A stretch of 64,000 nucleotides of DNA from a virus (Duplodnaviria > Caudoviricetes), in the IMG/VR virus record IMGVR_UViG_3300033075_000545, positions 32,001 through 96,000 of that record, one strand, 5' to 3'. The position numbers and the translations under genes were made by a program. Every line of letters begins with the position of its first letter. The stretch's first letter is position 1. Of the stretch, positions 19,310 through 29,338 are shown piece after piece. Under the pieces are notes generated by a model. It had not been told where the DNA came from. It made no database searches and worked only from the letters and a program-made list of their open reading frames with translations.

Positions 19310-21139
19310 TCAGTAGCCGTAAGGATTAACTCGGCCGACCGTAACCAGGTTTGGCCACCCGCCAGAAGCTTCCCATCCTGCACACGCCGCGAAATTAACG
19401 GCGTGTGCAAAGTCGTCTGTCTGCTGGTCATACACCTTGACGATCCGGTAGAACTGTCCGGTAGAGCTGTCTTTTAGCTCTTGGGCAAGATTGGTGAAGT
19501 CGTAGATCAATCCCGTTTGGTGTACGTCTGCGTAATCATAGTTGAAGAACCGCAACTTCTTAGCTTTGATTGCACTACAAAGGAATTGGAGAGACTGTCC
19601 CTTATCGAGGGAGTAAAACCCTCGAGATCGGTTGTTCACAGCTTTGTGGTGCTCGACCATATCTCCGCCCACTGTCGCCCGGTAAACCATGGGTGCAATT
19701 CGCGTAATGGGCCATCCGCACTGTGTAACGGTAGCTTCACTGACGCGACCAGAGCCGTTACCATCGTGAGCAATGAGTTGGGCACGGAACACCCCTGCCA
19801 AACGCGCAATTTCTTTGCCTTCAGAAATAGGATCAATCGTAGGTGGGAACCGGTACCCAAAAAATGCTTCAGCGGTTCCGTCGTGATTGAACCCAACAGC
19901 CGCTACGGATGTACGGCTGGCTCCAGACTCCCCACCACCGCCCCAGTCGACCCCGAGAACGATAAACGGATATCGAGACATCCGGTTCATGGCGTCCTTC
20001 ATCGTGTTTGGGCCAACGCCTTGAGCGGCTTCTCGGAGCTGTTCTTCGGTGATGAGTTTATACGCCTGGTCATAGGCTTCTCCGAGAACCTCGTTGTGAA
20101 ACTTGGCAACGGTGAACGATTCTGCCCCGTTCATCTTCCCGATGAGTTGAGACCACTTGACGGGATGCGCGTAGTGACTGGGCATGATAGGTTGGGGGAT
20201 GAAGTACCCCACACTATCGCGACGACGTTCTGGAAATCGGTGGACCCACCTGCCGTGTCGCGGGCGGACTGGTTTCTGGCATCGATGACAGACAAGTCCT
20301 GGCTCATTCTCGGAGATGTCGTCGCGGACTGGTCCCAACATTGTCATCATGTGCCCGTCGGGCTCGATGCAGCAGATGTTGTCGAATGAGCACAGGTCAC
20401 ACTTGATGTGCCACACCCCCTGTGAGGACATCATCCAGGATTTTTCAAGCAAACTGCCGTTGGTCTTGCTTGTTCCACTGAGAATGGTGACTGGCGACGG
20501 TCGTGATGATTGACATTCACGAAGGATAGGAAGGTGCTCAGAATCCAGATCCTGGCTTTCATCGACGTAAAGTTGGTCGATACCGGCAATACCACGCACA
20601 CGGTTTGCGTCGGCACCTGCGTAGGAGAAGTAGATCAAGGACCCGTTATCAAACTTTCGCCGACGAACGGATCCCATAGATCCTTCGTAACCCAAGATCG
20701 CCCGGACGGGGCTCTCGTCGACCATGGGCTTAAAGATGATCGATGACATTCGGTCCGATTGCTCCTGAAGGGGGAGCACGACGAGGACCTTGTATCCTGG
20801 TTGAGTAGCCAAATCGAGAATCAAGCGGGCTGAGGTTTGGTGCGTCTTACCGATCTGACGTCCGGCACGTACAGTAACGTTCGGAACGCAGTAGGTAGAG
20901 AACAAGGGGTAGAAAACGAAGTGATCGTCCAGAGTCATCGGCTTACGCTCCAGATTCAGGAGCGATGGTAGAAAGCTAGTCAGATTGTTGACCTTTTCTT
21001 CCGCTGCGAGGACCACAAAAATCTCCTTCAAATGTCTGTCAAAATTACATGTACGGATTCGCTTGTGTTCCGTCCCCACCCGGATTAGGGTGGTTGTTCC
21101 ATACGAACTAGGGAGCTGCGAGGGTGAAATCAGCAACAC
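19310..21139 (-). CDS. terL: Terminase large subunit (GpA-like); start codon uncertain
   Basis: Walker A AGRQIGKT, Walker B LYVDESQD, SGT motif III, CxxC pairs, nuclease LGVDWG and DDFAHA. Confidence 0.85.
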   Translation of the reverse strand: MLLISPSQLPSSYGTTTLIRVGTEHKRIRTCNFDRHLKEIFVVLAAEEKVNNLTSFLPSLLNLERKPMTLDDHFVFYPLFSTYCVPNVTVRAGRQIGKTHQTSARLILDLATQPGYKVLVVLPLQEQSDRMSSIIFKPMVDESPVRAILGYEGSMGSVRRRKFDNGSLIYFSYAGADANRVRGIAGIDQLYVDESQDLDSEHLPILRECQSSRPSPVTILSGTSKTNGSLLEKSWMMSSQGVWHIKCDLCSFDNICCIEPDGHMMTMLGPVRDDISENEPGLVCHRCQKPVRPRHGRWVHRFPERRRDSVGYFIPQPIMPSHYAHPVKWSQLIGKMNGAESFTVAKFHNEVLGEAYDQAYKLITEEQLREAAQGVGPNTMKDAMNRMSRYPFIVLGVDWGGGGESGASRTSVAAVGFNHDGTAEAFFGYRFPPTIDPISEGKEIARLAGVFRAQLIAHDGNGSGRVSEATVTQCGWPITRIAPMVYRATVGGDMVEHHKAVNNRSRGFYSLDKGQSLQFLCSAIKAKKLRFFNYDYADVHQTGLIYDFTNLAQELKDSSTGQFYRIVKVYDQQTDDFAHAVNFAACAGWEASGGWPNLVTVGRVNPYGY

Positions 21140-21305
21140 CTGATGAAATCAGGTCGGCAATACTTCTATCGTTTGTGGGTTGCTTCATGGTTTATTGGGA
21201 GACTAAAGCCGCGGGCGTAATGCTAGCGCCGCTGCTTATGTTAGCGCTCTACTTGTCGATCCCTCCGTCTAACGAATAACACGAACTTACTATAAGGGTC
21301 CAACA

Positions 21306-24300
21306 ATGTCTCAGCAAATTGAGGCACGGCTGTCGTCCAATTCGCCACATGCCGGGCTCAACTTTGTCCAGCGTCGTTCTGTGATCTCGAAGCGTGACGG
21401 TACTGTCCTCTACGACTTGTCCGTAATCGCGCCAGAAAACTGGTCCCAGACCGCAGTGGACATGATCGCGCAGAAGTACCTCCGTAAGGCAGGCGTACCA
21501 GACAAAACCACTGCCATCACTGAAGAGAAAGTTCCCGAATGGTTGTGGCGCAGAACCGGAGCCCCAGACGCCAAATACGATCGGGAGACGGACTCCCGCC
21601 AGGTGTTCCACCGCATCGCAGGGTGCTGGACATATTGGGGTTGGAAGTTGGGGTATTTCCTCGACGAAGCGCAGGCCAAGAATTACTACGACGAAATCGT
21701 TTTCATGTTGGCCAATCAGATGATGGCCCCCAACAGCCCACAGTGGTTCAACACCGGGTTGAACTACGCGTACGGTATCACAGGCGACGACCGAGGTATG
21801 TGGGGTTTGTACGGGGACGACGTGAAAGCAATCGACGACGCTTACAGTCGGCCTGCGTCTGGAGCGTGTTTCATCCAAACTTTGGATGATACACTAGTCG
21901 GCCCTAACGGTATCACGGACTTTATCGAACGGGAAGCTCGGATCTTCTCGAATGGTGCCGGGAGCGGTGCCAACTACAGCGAGCTCCGTGGCGCCGGCGA
22001 ACCGTTATCTGGTGGTGGTACGTCTTCTGGTCTGTTGAGTTTTCTAAAACCCATCGATGCATCTGCTGGGGCCATTAAAAGTGGGGGAACGTGCCTCGCC
22101 CCTGATACCCGCGTGTTCACGGACCGGGGTGTAGTCCCAGTTTCTGAGTTGGAAGCTTCCGGAGAACGATTCGTATGCTTGAGTTACGATCCCCCTGCGG
22201 GGCGGTACAAAGCAAAGTGGGCTGAAGCGTTCAAGTCCGGACGAAAAATGGTGGTGTTGGTAAAGACCGACAAGGGAGAATTCCGAGTCAGTCACGATCA
22301 CCCGATGCGGTTAGCTTGTGGTGAGTACGCACAAGCAGTAGATCTAGTTGCTGGACAACGCCTGTTCGCGTGTCACGTCGCTAATCGCAACGGCTACTTG
22401 CGTGTTTCGTTGCGTACCGGAAAACGTGGAGGGGGGAGTCGTTACTGGCACCGTCTGATTGGTGAAGACGTTCTTGGTGCGTCGCGTGAGATGGTCGTTG
22501 ACCACGCTGACGACAACAAGCACAACAATCTCATTACTAACTTGGAGTTAAAATCGTCATCGGACCACGCACGACGTCACGGTAGGGCTTTGGCTGCTGT
22601 GGGTAATCATGTATTCCAACAGCGGAAGTTTCCCAAATGTGGTGCGTCTAATCCCATGGCGTCGGGTGCCGCGTTTTGGACCGACACCGTAAAGGTCGCA
22701 TCTTACAAAGCAAAGCAAGCGGACCGTATTCAAGGGCGCGCCGAGGGTATGGCGTTGCTCTCGTCCCGCCAGAAGATGTTGAACTACGCTTGGAAGTGCT
22801 TGAACGCCGGTCAGGTCATTGACAGTTTTTCGGACTACGTGAAAGCGCGCGAGGTCGTTTGCGGACGGATCGGTTGCAAGAAGACTCTCTTGCGAACCAT
22901 TGAGAGTAGGTTCGGTTCATACGCGGAGTTTCTTCGGGAGGTGAATAGTAACAATCACCGAGTCGTGTCTGTTACAGAAGTCGGGGAGATGGACGTTTAC
23001 GATGTCCAAGTGGATTGTCCCACGACCGACGAAAAGGTCCCGGAGAGTGGTCACAACTTTGTGATTTGGTCGGGAGACAATCCCGAGGGCTCTGGTGTCG
23101 CAGTTCACAACACTCGCAGGGCCGCACGTATGGTTGTGCTGGATGTGGACCATCCAGACATCGAAGACTTCATTGGGTGGAAAGCCCGCGAGGAAAAGAA
23201 AGTCGCAGCTCTGGTTGCCGGATCTCGACTGGTCAAACGGAACGTAGACGCGGTGTACAAAGAGAAGGATCCCACCCGTCAGAAGAAGCTAATCGCCAAA
23301 GCGGTCAAGGAGGGTGTTCCTTATGGAACTCTCAAGGCCGTTAAACTTGCCGCGCAGCACGGACAACCATGTCCGCAGGTCGACGAGTTTGACACGGATT
23401 ACGAAAAGGAGGCGTACCAAACCGTGTCTGGACAAAACGCAAACAACTCAGTTCGTATCAGCGATAAGTTCATGGAAGCCGTTCTGGGCGACCGGGAGTG
23501 GCACCTTTACTATCGGACTGAGCTTCGAAAAGCCAAGAAGGAACGTCGCACACCTAAGCCGTGTAAGTCACTCAATGCGCGTGACTTATGGACGAAAATT
23601 GCTCGAGCCTCTTGGGAGTGTGCTGATCCTGGGGTTCAGTTCGACGACGCGGTCAACGACTGGAATCCCGTCATCAATGACTCTAGGATCCGTGCGACTA
23701 ACCCTTGTTGTTTCGTCGGAGAAACGATAGTTGATACGTCAGAGGGGAAGCTGCGGATCGACGAGCTGGTCGCAATGTGTGACCGTGGTGAAATCCTTCC
23801 GTACGCTTTTGGTCACGACCGTGGATCGAAGTCTCTCGCGTTGAAGCCCATCAAACGGGCTTGGTGCGCGGGCCGCACGAGGACCTTGGTACGTGTTACC
23901 ACGGACAAGGGTGTTCAGTTCACGTGCACCCCGGAGCACAAGGTCCTGACATTTAATGGCGATTACATTGAAGCCCAGAATCTTGCCGTAGGAACAAGTC
24001 TCCGCAAGATCCCGAGACACGTGAACGTACGGCGTTCCGGTCGCGTGATGGTTACGGACTCCAAGGCGGGTACTCCGAACGGTACGCAGTACCAGAACAT
24101 TTGGATGTGGGAGAAGGTAAACGGCCCCATCCCGGAAAATATGGAGGTCCATCACAAAAACGACGATCCGGCTGACGACCGCGTCAGTAATTTTGAGCTC
24201 GTCGATCGCATCGAGCACCGGAAGTATCACAGTGCCGGGGAGAACAACCCCAGGTTCCTGGACGTGGACGAATCGTTGCTCGTCGAGGCTTACGAAACAC

Positions 24301-26309
24301 TGACGACCACAGGTAAAGGCAAGGTGTACGGGCGGTTTACCGTGGGCCGTTGGAACAAGATGGTTCAGGAGAAGGGCTGGACCGGACGATTACCCCTGGC
24401 ACGACGTCCCAAGGGGGCGAACGGGATCGTACAAGGTATGTCCTGGGAAGCGTTCGAGTCGAAGCTAAAGGACCTGCGTCAGAAAGCGAACGACAAGGTC
24501 GCGTTGGTAGAGCACATAGCTCTTGGAGAGGAGGTCCCGGTTTACGACCTTGAAGTCGAAGGCACTCACAACTTCGCTGTCACGAACTCGACGTCCCCTG
24601 CGACGCAATCGATCGTGGTCAGTAACAGCGAATTCAATTTCATAGACGATAGTACATGTAACCTATCGTGCTTGAACCTGGTGAAGGCCGTCGTTCGCGA
24701 CGGTGACGTCATCAATTGGCCCGCCACGGTCGAAAGACTGCGGCATATGGCCCGGCTGACGACGATCGGACTCGACATTACCGTGTCGATGTCTTCGTAT
24801 CCGTCGGAAGCCATTGCAAACGGTGCGTACAAATACCGCACCATCGGTCTGGGGTACGCCAATCTCGGCGCGCTCCTTATGCAAAATGGTATTCCTTACG
24901 ACAGTGTCGAGGGCCGAGCGTGGGCGGTCGCCTTCACGGGCGTCATCCACTACCAGTCCACCCTAACTTCGATAGCACTCGCGCAATCGCTGGGGTCTTT
25001 TCCCCAGTACGCCAACAACATTGCGTGCGTAAATAAAGTTCTGAACAACCATGCTCAATATGTTTTGGAGGAGAAGTACGAGGATCTGACCTACCCGCCC
25101 CCGTCCGCTAAACCTCTCCTGGATGCGCTTCCTGCTGTGTTGCGAGAGAAGCTCCAAGATGTTGCGCGAAGCACATTAGTCGTGTTAGACGAGGGGCTCC
25201 GCAACGCCCAGCTCACCCTGGTCCAGCCCGCAGGAACCGTGGGCCTTCTGATGGATTGTGACTGCACCGGCGTAGAACCAGATTTCGCCCTGGTGAAAGG
25301 TAAACAGCTCGCTGGTGGTGGGTGGATCACGATCGTCAACCAGTCAGTTACGCCAGCTCTCAAGAAGCTGGGGTACTCTGACGCGGACGTCGCGACCATC
25401 TGCGACCACGTGCTCAAGAAGGGTACCGTAGAGGGTTGCGAGATCCTCAAGGCGGAGCACCTTCCGGTGTTCGACTGCGCTGTCCCCTGTACGAAGGGTG
25501 GGGGTGTGAGGTCCATCTCCGCAGATGGGCACATGGACATGTTGGCGGCTGTCCAGCCATTGCTCAGCGGCTCCTGCTCGAAGACTCTCAACCTCGATCA
25601 CGACGTAACGGTCGCGGAAGTCGAGCGGGTCCACATGAAGTGCTGGAAGGACCGTATCAAGTGTGCAGCGCTGTATCGTGACGGCTCAAAGTTGAGCCAA
25701 CCACTGAACGCAGGAGACCAGGCTGACGTTTCCGATGTTGAAGACACGGAGGACAAGGAAACCAAATTCGAGGCCACGAAGCGGCGGTATCTTCCGAGTC
25801 GTCGTCGAGGATACACCCAGAAGTTCCGGGTTCCAGGTCACAAGCTCTATCTGCGAACTGGGGAATACGACGATGGGACGATCGGAGAGATCTTCCTGAC
25901 TGCGCACAAGGATGGGGCTCTGTTACAGAGCGTATTGGGGGCTCTGGCCCAAGCCGTGTCGATCGGTCTTCAATACGGGGTCCCGCTGAGCGAGTTTATC
26001 GACGCCTACGTATTCACGCAGTTCGAGCCGAATGGTCCGGTGTCAGGTCACGAGAAGATTAAGAACTGTACTTCGCTGTTGGACGCAATCTTCCGCGATC
26101 TGGGCATTGAATACGGCGGACGGACGGAGCTCGCTCACGTCATCCCACAGGGTAAGGAGGTACCCACCAAGTCTATTACGGCGGATGACGCTGGAGCTGA
26201 GGTGAAATATGAAGGTACTCCGTGTAGGCACTGCGGACAGTTAAAGTTGATCCGTAATGGAACGTGTCTAGTCTGCGTGGCATGTGGAACGACTACAGGT
26301 TGCGCGTGA
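21306..26309 (+). CDS. nrdJ: Class II (B12-dependent) ribonucleotide reductase with two inteins
   Basis: PNSPQWFN, ACFI, spliced SGGT|TRRAA and NPC|SE, RNAQLT..PAGT, YRDGSK, TSCPD-like domain, C-terminal Zn ribbon. Confidence 0.95.
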   Translation: MSQQIEARLSSNSPHAGLNFVQRRSVISKRDGTVLYDLSVIAPENWSQTAVDMIAQKYLRKAGVPDKTTAITEEKVPEWLWRRTGAPDAKYDRETDSRQVFHRIAGCWTYWGWKLGYFLDEAQAKNYYDEIVFMLANQMMAPNSPQWFNTGLNYAYGITGDDRGMWGLYGDDVKAIDDAYSRPASGACFIQTLDDTLVGPNGITDFIEREARIFSNGAGSGANYSELRGAGEPLSGGGTSSGLLSFLKPIDASAGAIKSGGTCLAPDTRVFTDRGVVPVSELEASGERFVCLSYDPPAGRYKAKWAEAFKSGRKMVVLVKTDKGEFRVSHDHPMRLACGEYAQAVDLVAGQRLFACHVANRNGYLRVSLRTGKRGGGSRYWHRLIGEDVLGASREMVVDHADDNKHNNLITNLELKSSSDHARRHGRALAAVGNHVFQQRKFPKCGASNPMASGAAFWTDTVKVASYKAKQADRIQGRAEGMALLSSRQKMLNYAWKCLNAGQVIDSFSDYVKAREVVCGRIGCKKTLLRTIESRFGSYAEFLREVNSNNHRVVSVTEVGEMDVYDVQVDCPTTDEKVPESGHNFVIWSGDNPEGSGVAVHNTRRAARMVVLDVDHPDIEDFIGWKAREEKKVAALVAGSRLVKRNVDAVYKEKDPTRQKKLIAKAVKEGVPYGTLKAVKLAAQHGQPCPQVDEFDTDYEKEAYQTVSGQNANNSVRISDKFMEAVLGDREWHLYYRTELRKAKKERRTPKPCKSLNARDLWTKIARASWECADPGVQFDDAVNDWNPVINDSRIRATNPCCFVGETIVDTSEGKLRIDELVAMCDRGEILPYAFGHDRGSKSLALKPIKRAWCAGRTRTLVRVTTDKGVQFTCTPEHKVLTFNGDYIEAQNLAVGTSLRKIPRHVNVRRSGRVMVTDSKAGTPNGTQYQNIWMWEKVNGPIPENMEVHHKNDDPADDRVSNFELVDRIEHRKYHSAGENNPRFLDVDESLLVEAYETLTTTGKGKVYGRFTVGRWNKMVQEKGWTGRLPLARRPKGANGIVQGMSWEAFESKLKDLRQKANDKVALVEHIALGEEVPVYDLEVEGTHNFAVTNSTSPATQSIVVSNSEFNFIDDSTCNLSCLNLVKAVVRDGDVINWPATVERLRHMARLTTIGLDITVSMSSYPSEAIANGAYKYRTIGLGYANLGALLMQNGIPYDSVEGRAWAVAFTGVIHYQSTLTSIALAQSLGSFPQYANNIACVNKVLNNHAQYVLEEKYEDLTYPPPSAKPLLDALPAVLREKLQDVARSTLVVLDEGLRNAQLTLVQPAGTVGLLMDCDCTGVEPDFALVKGKQLAGGGWITIVNQSVTPALKKLGYSDADVATICDHVLKKGTVEGCEILKAEHLPVFDCAVPCTKGGGVRSISADGHMDMLAAVQPLLSGSCSKTLNLDHDVTVAEVERVHMKCWKDRIKCAALYRDGSKLSQPLNAGDQADVSDVEDTEDKETKFEATKRRYLPSRRRGYTQKFRVPGHKLYLRTGEYDDGTIGEIFLTAHKDGALLQSVLGALAQAVSIGLQYGVPLSEFIDAYVFTQFEPNGPVSGHEKIKNCTSLLDAIFRDLGIEYGGRTELAHVIPQGKEVPTKSITADDAGAEVKYEGTPCRHCGQLKLIRNGTCLVCVACGTTTGCA
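22092..23111 (+). mobile_element. Intein 1 of NrdJ (340 aa) with HNH endonuclease
   Basis: CLAPDTRV..SHDHP..WHRLI..VDHADDNKHNN..NLE..GHNF..VHN|T. Confidence 0.95.
23709..24626 (+). mobile_element. Intein 2 of NrdJ (306 aa) with HNH endonuclease, ending Ser-Asn
   Basis: CFVGET..CTPEH..EVHHKNDDPADDRVSNFEL..EH..H..VYDLEVEGTHNF..VVSN|S. Confidence 0.93.
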
Positions 26310-26329
26310 CGTCCGTTTAACAACGATCC

Positions 26330-26361
26330 GCCCGGTCCCATAACAAGGACCGGGCTTTTTT
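26330..26361 (+). terminator. Intrinsic terminator after nrdJ
   Basis: gcccggtcc-cataacaa-ggaccgggc followed by tttttt. Confidence 0.85.
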
Positions 26362-26373
26362 GTTGGAGGGTCT

Positions 26374-26664
26374 GTGACACTTGAAGAAAAGTTCGAGTAC
26401 TACTGGTGGTTGTGGTTGCGCGACGAGCGCTTGTTTGCCGTCGCTAAAAACCACATCAGCCGTATGGAAACTTTGGGTCCGGAAATCCTCGGACTAGTCC
26501 TACAAAAAGTCCGTAAGGCTGGAAGCCTCGGGAAACTTCCGATGTCGTGGATACGTCTGCTTAAGAATTTAACAGGTCGGAAAAAGTCACCGAAACGTGA
26601 TACGGGATACCGTGATGCCTGGATCCGTTGGGGCATGGCGTATGGGTATTTGACACCGGAGTAA
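26374..26664 (+). CDS. Hypothetical protein
   Basis: GGAGG RBS, GTG start. Confidence 0.65.
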   Translation: MTLEEKFEYYWWLWLRDERLFAVAKNHISRMETLGPEILGLVLQKVRKAGSLGKLPMSWIRLLKNLTGRKKSPKRDTGYRDAWIRWGMAYGYLTPE

Positions 26665-26745
26665 CGTAACGATGTGTGGACTTTCCGCCGCAGTAATCTA
26701 TTATTCCCAAGATCGAATCACATAACCTGCGGTTGGACCCTATAG

Positions 26746-27117
26746 ATGCGGAAGTCATCCGTTTCTACTCGCGAATCCGTTCCCACTGAGATTAGCGGCG
26801 CGCTTTCTGTCATCGTCGCAACTGCGACGACCATACAAAACGAGATGTTAGAGCACTTGGACACGGACTGGGTTGCAAAATCTGGTCCTCGAGTCCCGGC
26901 AGTACGCGACGGGATGGTCTATCTTTATCGAGCTTGGTCAACGCTTCTACATAGCGTATCCCAACGTCACGGTAATTTGGTGATCGCCCAGCATATGCTG
27001 GAACTCGCTGGGTGCGCCATGAAGATTGGTTTGGATGTATCACACATCCTCTCTGCGGAGCACATGGCTATGATGTCTGAGCCCCTAGAGAGGATGGATG
27101 AAGAACTGGAGGTTTAG
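26746..27117 (+). CDS. Hypothetical protein
   Basis: ORF tiling; start uncertain. Confidence 0.55.
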   Translation: MRKSSVSTRESVPTEISGALSVIVATATTIQNEMLEHLDTDWVAKSGPRVPAVRDGMVYLYRAWSTLLHSVSQRHGNLVIAQHMLELAGCAMKIGLDVSHILSAEHMAMMSEPLERMDEELEV

Positions 27118-27120
27118 TGC

Positions 27121-28146
27121 ATGGGTAGCGTGTTTACGGCGTCGCACCTGACGCCGTTGGAACCGGACTGGGCGCGGACGCCCCAGGCCGGAAGATTGAA
27201 CTACCGCTTTCAGTGCAGCGACGTCAAACAAATCTGCGAAGTCTTCAACCGCGCTTGCGGTCGACAAACCAACGAACTCTACTCGAAGCTACTCAGTCAC
27301 CGGTCCTCGGGGATCACCGGGGACTATCACGCCATGACTGAGTTTGGTGGGGCTGTGGGTGTCGTATGGTACCAAATCAAACGATCACGTCAGAGAATCT
27401 ATCGCGTCAGCATTACCACCGTGCGAGACCCGAACTTCAGTTTTAAGATGTCCGCGTCCTTCGACTTACAGATCAAACTTGTAATGCCCGACTACCGTAG
27501 CGGTCAGGACGAGGAGATCACCGTAATCCATCCTACTGACGCTACGACCATAGACGGGTTTACCGTTTTTACTTTACCACCTATGGCGTCTGCGACAAGT
27601 ACCGCCGCCCGTTACGCGATCAAACACCCACTAACGAACGCAACCACCTCTACGAGGTACGAACCTACGCCGTCCACGACTACTTACGTGAAGTACAAGG
27701 AGCCGTATTACGAGAAGAAGTTGATACAACTTCATAACCCACAAGCACATACACACGCGGTACACACGGGAGTCTATCTCCACAGTCCCGACGATGTCGT
27801 ATCGGAAGACCTTGTGTTTACTCATGCGATCTTTGCCCACGAGCGATACCCGAGAGGGTACAGGGACTATTACCGCTCGATGCTTCTTCGTAGGGTAGGT
27901 TGGAAGTTCGATTTGGAACAAAGCACTAAGTTTGTGAAGTTAGTAGCCAACGTGACCAAAACAGTGCTAGCCGCGAGCGACGACTATCAAACCAGGGAAA
28001 CAAACATCAACGATCCTGACCGTGTGTTACGGATCTTGGCTGCACACGTTGAGAAACGTAAGAATGACGACGACGTCTGGAGCACTATGATCAAACACGC
28101 GTCATTTGCTCGATTTAAAGACATTTCGAATGTCGTTAAGTTGTGA
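27121..28146 (+). CDS. Hypothetical protein
   Basis: GGAGG RBS; 341 aa. Confidence 0.7.
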   Translation: MGSVFTASHLTPLEPDWARTPQAGRLNYRFQCSDVKQICEVFNRACGRQTNELYSKLLSHRSSGITGDYHAMTEFGGAVGVVWYQIKRSRQRIYRVSITTVRDPNFSFKMSASFDLQIKLVMPDYRSGQDEEITVIHPTDATTIDGFTVFTLPPMASATSTAARYAIKHPLTNATTSTRYEPTPSTTTYVKYKEPYYEKKLIQLHNPQAHTHAVHTGVYLHSPDDVVSEDLVFTHAIFAHERYPRGYRDYYRSMLLRRVGWKFDLEQSTKFVKLVANVTKTVLAASDDYQTRETNINDPDRVLRILAAHVEKRKNDDDVWSTMIKHASFARFKDISNVVKL

Positions 28147-28435
28147 GCCGACAACGAGATACGACGAATTCTCCTAAGACTGAGGGTATAGTCGTCGACA
28201 GTGTTTGATCCGTGTCATAATGAAGTAGAATTCCCCTACAAACCGTGGGTAATCTGCAGATGCTCAAACCGACACCTAAATTCGACGCGTCTCTTATAAA
28301 CATAAATGTTATATTACTAGGTGTGAAGAAAGACTACGAAGACTCCGTCTTTCTTCCCAAAGAAATTACGCCTCCGCTCGTGCCGCTTCGGCGTTTTCCT
28401 CCCTGGAAAGGCAAATACACTGGAGTTTCGTTTGC

Positions 28436-29329
28436 ATGAAAAAATATGATTATGTAGTGTCACCGAAGGTTGCTGAGCACAATTTAGGATCAGTAAGTTC
28501 GTCTTACCATCCAATACAATACACAAAAAGTCCTGGATCATTATTAGCAAGAATATTGGTAGCTCGAAGCTATTCAAGGATTCTTAATAGGGCTAGAGCT
28601 TTCGTGAAATTTGGGAAGACCACAATTCACGACCGGTGGACCTTGTCGACCAGTCTATGCCAGGTATATACTGCCCGTGCCGTGCGGTTGATGAGTGCAG
28701 ACGACAGTTTCAAACAACTCAGTAGAAAGGTCGTAAAGTCACTAGGATGTCCACCTGCGGGTTACATCCTCAAAAAGTCTTCGCTAACGCAGCAGAGCAG
28801 ACGTTGTCGGTTGCCAATGTGTATTCAGTGTCACGCTCGTGACGGTTGGGAAGTTTACAACGCCTTGAAGAAAGGCATGTCGAGACGACCGGTCGGTTCG
28901 GATTTTCACGTTGGGGTTTACGTTTCAACCACGGAAAACAACGAATATCTTCGGTCTTGGTCAATCAAGAGTCATTGTGCAGGGGGCGTTGCTTACCGGT
29001 TTCTAGCGGATGAGAAGCGTAGGAATCGGTGGACTTACGTGATCATGGCTTACTCAGATTCTGCGAAGGATTTGAAGCGAAGCAGGGTGAAGAAGGTCGA
29101 AAAGATCGAGAACGACTTTCAGTTGGTTCGGTTCATCAGTCAGCATTTTCGGTATCCAGCGAACTGGGCTCGCGGTCAAATCGAGAACAAGATCAAGATT
29201 CTGAGTAAGGCGTACACGGACTACAAACACCGGTGTTGGACGTACAGGTCTTTCGGTGCTTCGACGGAGAGCTACACGCCTGGTAAATCCTGGTTGGACT
29301 TTGTAGGATTCAGTCCAAAACCAGGGTGA
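28436..29329 (+). CDS. Basic hypothetical protein with a C..CxxxxCxxC cluster
   Basis: GGAG RBS; RRCRLPMCIQCHAR. Confidence 0.65.
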   Translation: MKKYDYVVSPKVAEHNLGSVSSSYHPIQYTKSPGSLLARILVARSYSRILNRARAFVKFGKTTIHDRWTLSTSLCQVYTARAVRLMSADDSFKQLSRKVVKSLGCPPAGYILKKSSLTQQSRRCRLPMCIQCHARDGWEVYNALKKGMSRRPVGSDFHVGVYVSTTENNEYLRSWSIKSHCAGGVAYRFLADEKRRNRWTYVIMAYSDSAKDLKRSRVKKVEKIENDFQLVRFISQHFRYPANWARGQIENKIKILSKAYTDYKHRCWTYRSFGASTESYTPGKSWLDFVGFSPKPG

Positions 29330-29338
29330 GCTCCCAAG

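Noticed and set aside
19481-20389. 302-aa plus-strand ORF, and similar long ORFs such as 44712-45584 and 56521-57150
   Set aside because: These are antisense shadows of well-supported genes and have no motifs.
21140-21305. tRNA, riboswitch or NrdR box upstream of nrdJ
   Set aside because: No cloverleaf, cobalamin-riboswitch core or NrdR consensus was recognisable by eye. A covariance-model search would be needed to exclude them.
23739-24230. Alternative-frame ORFs inside the other four inteins
   Set aside because: They show no recognisable motifs, and those inteins already have in-frame HNH or LAGLIDADG domains.
27115-27123. In-frame TAG-TGC-ATG junction as a readthrough fusion
   Set aside because: The downstream gene has its own GGAGG RBS and ATG start.
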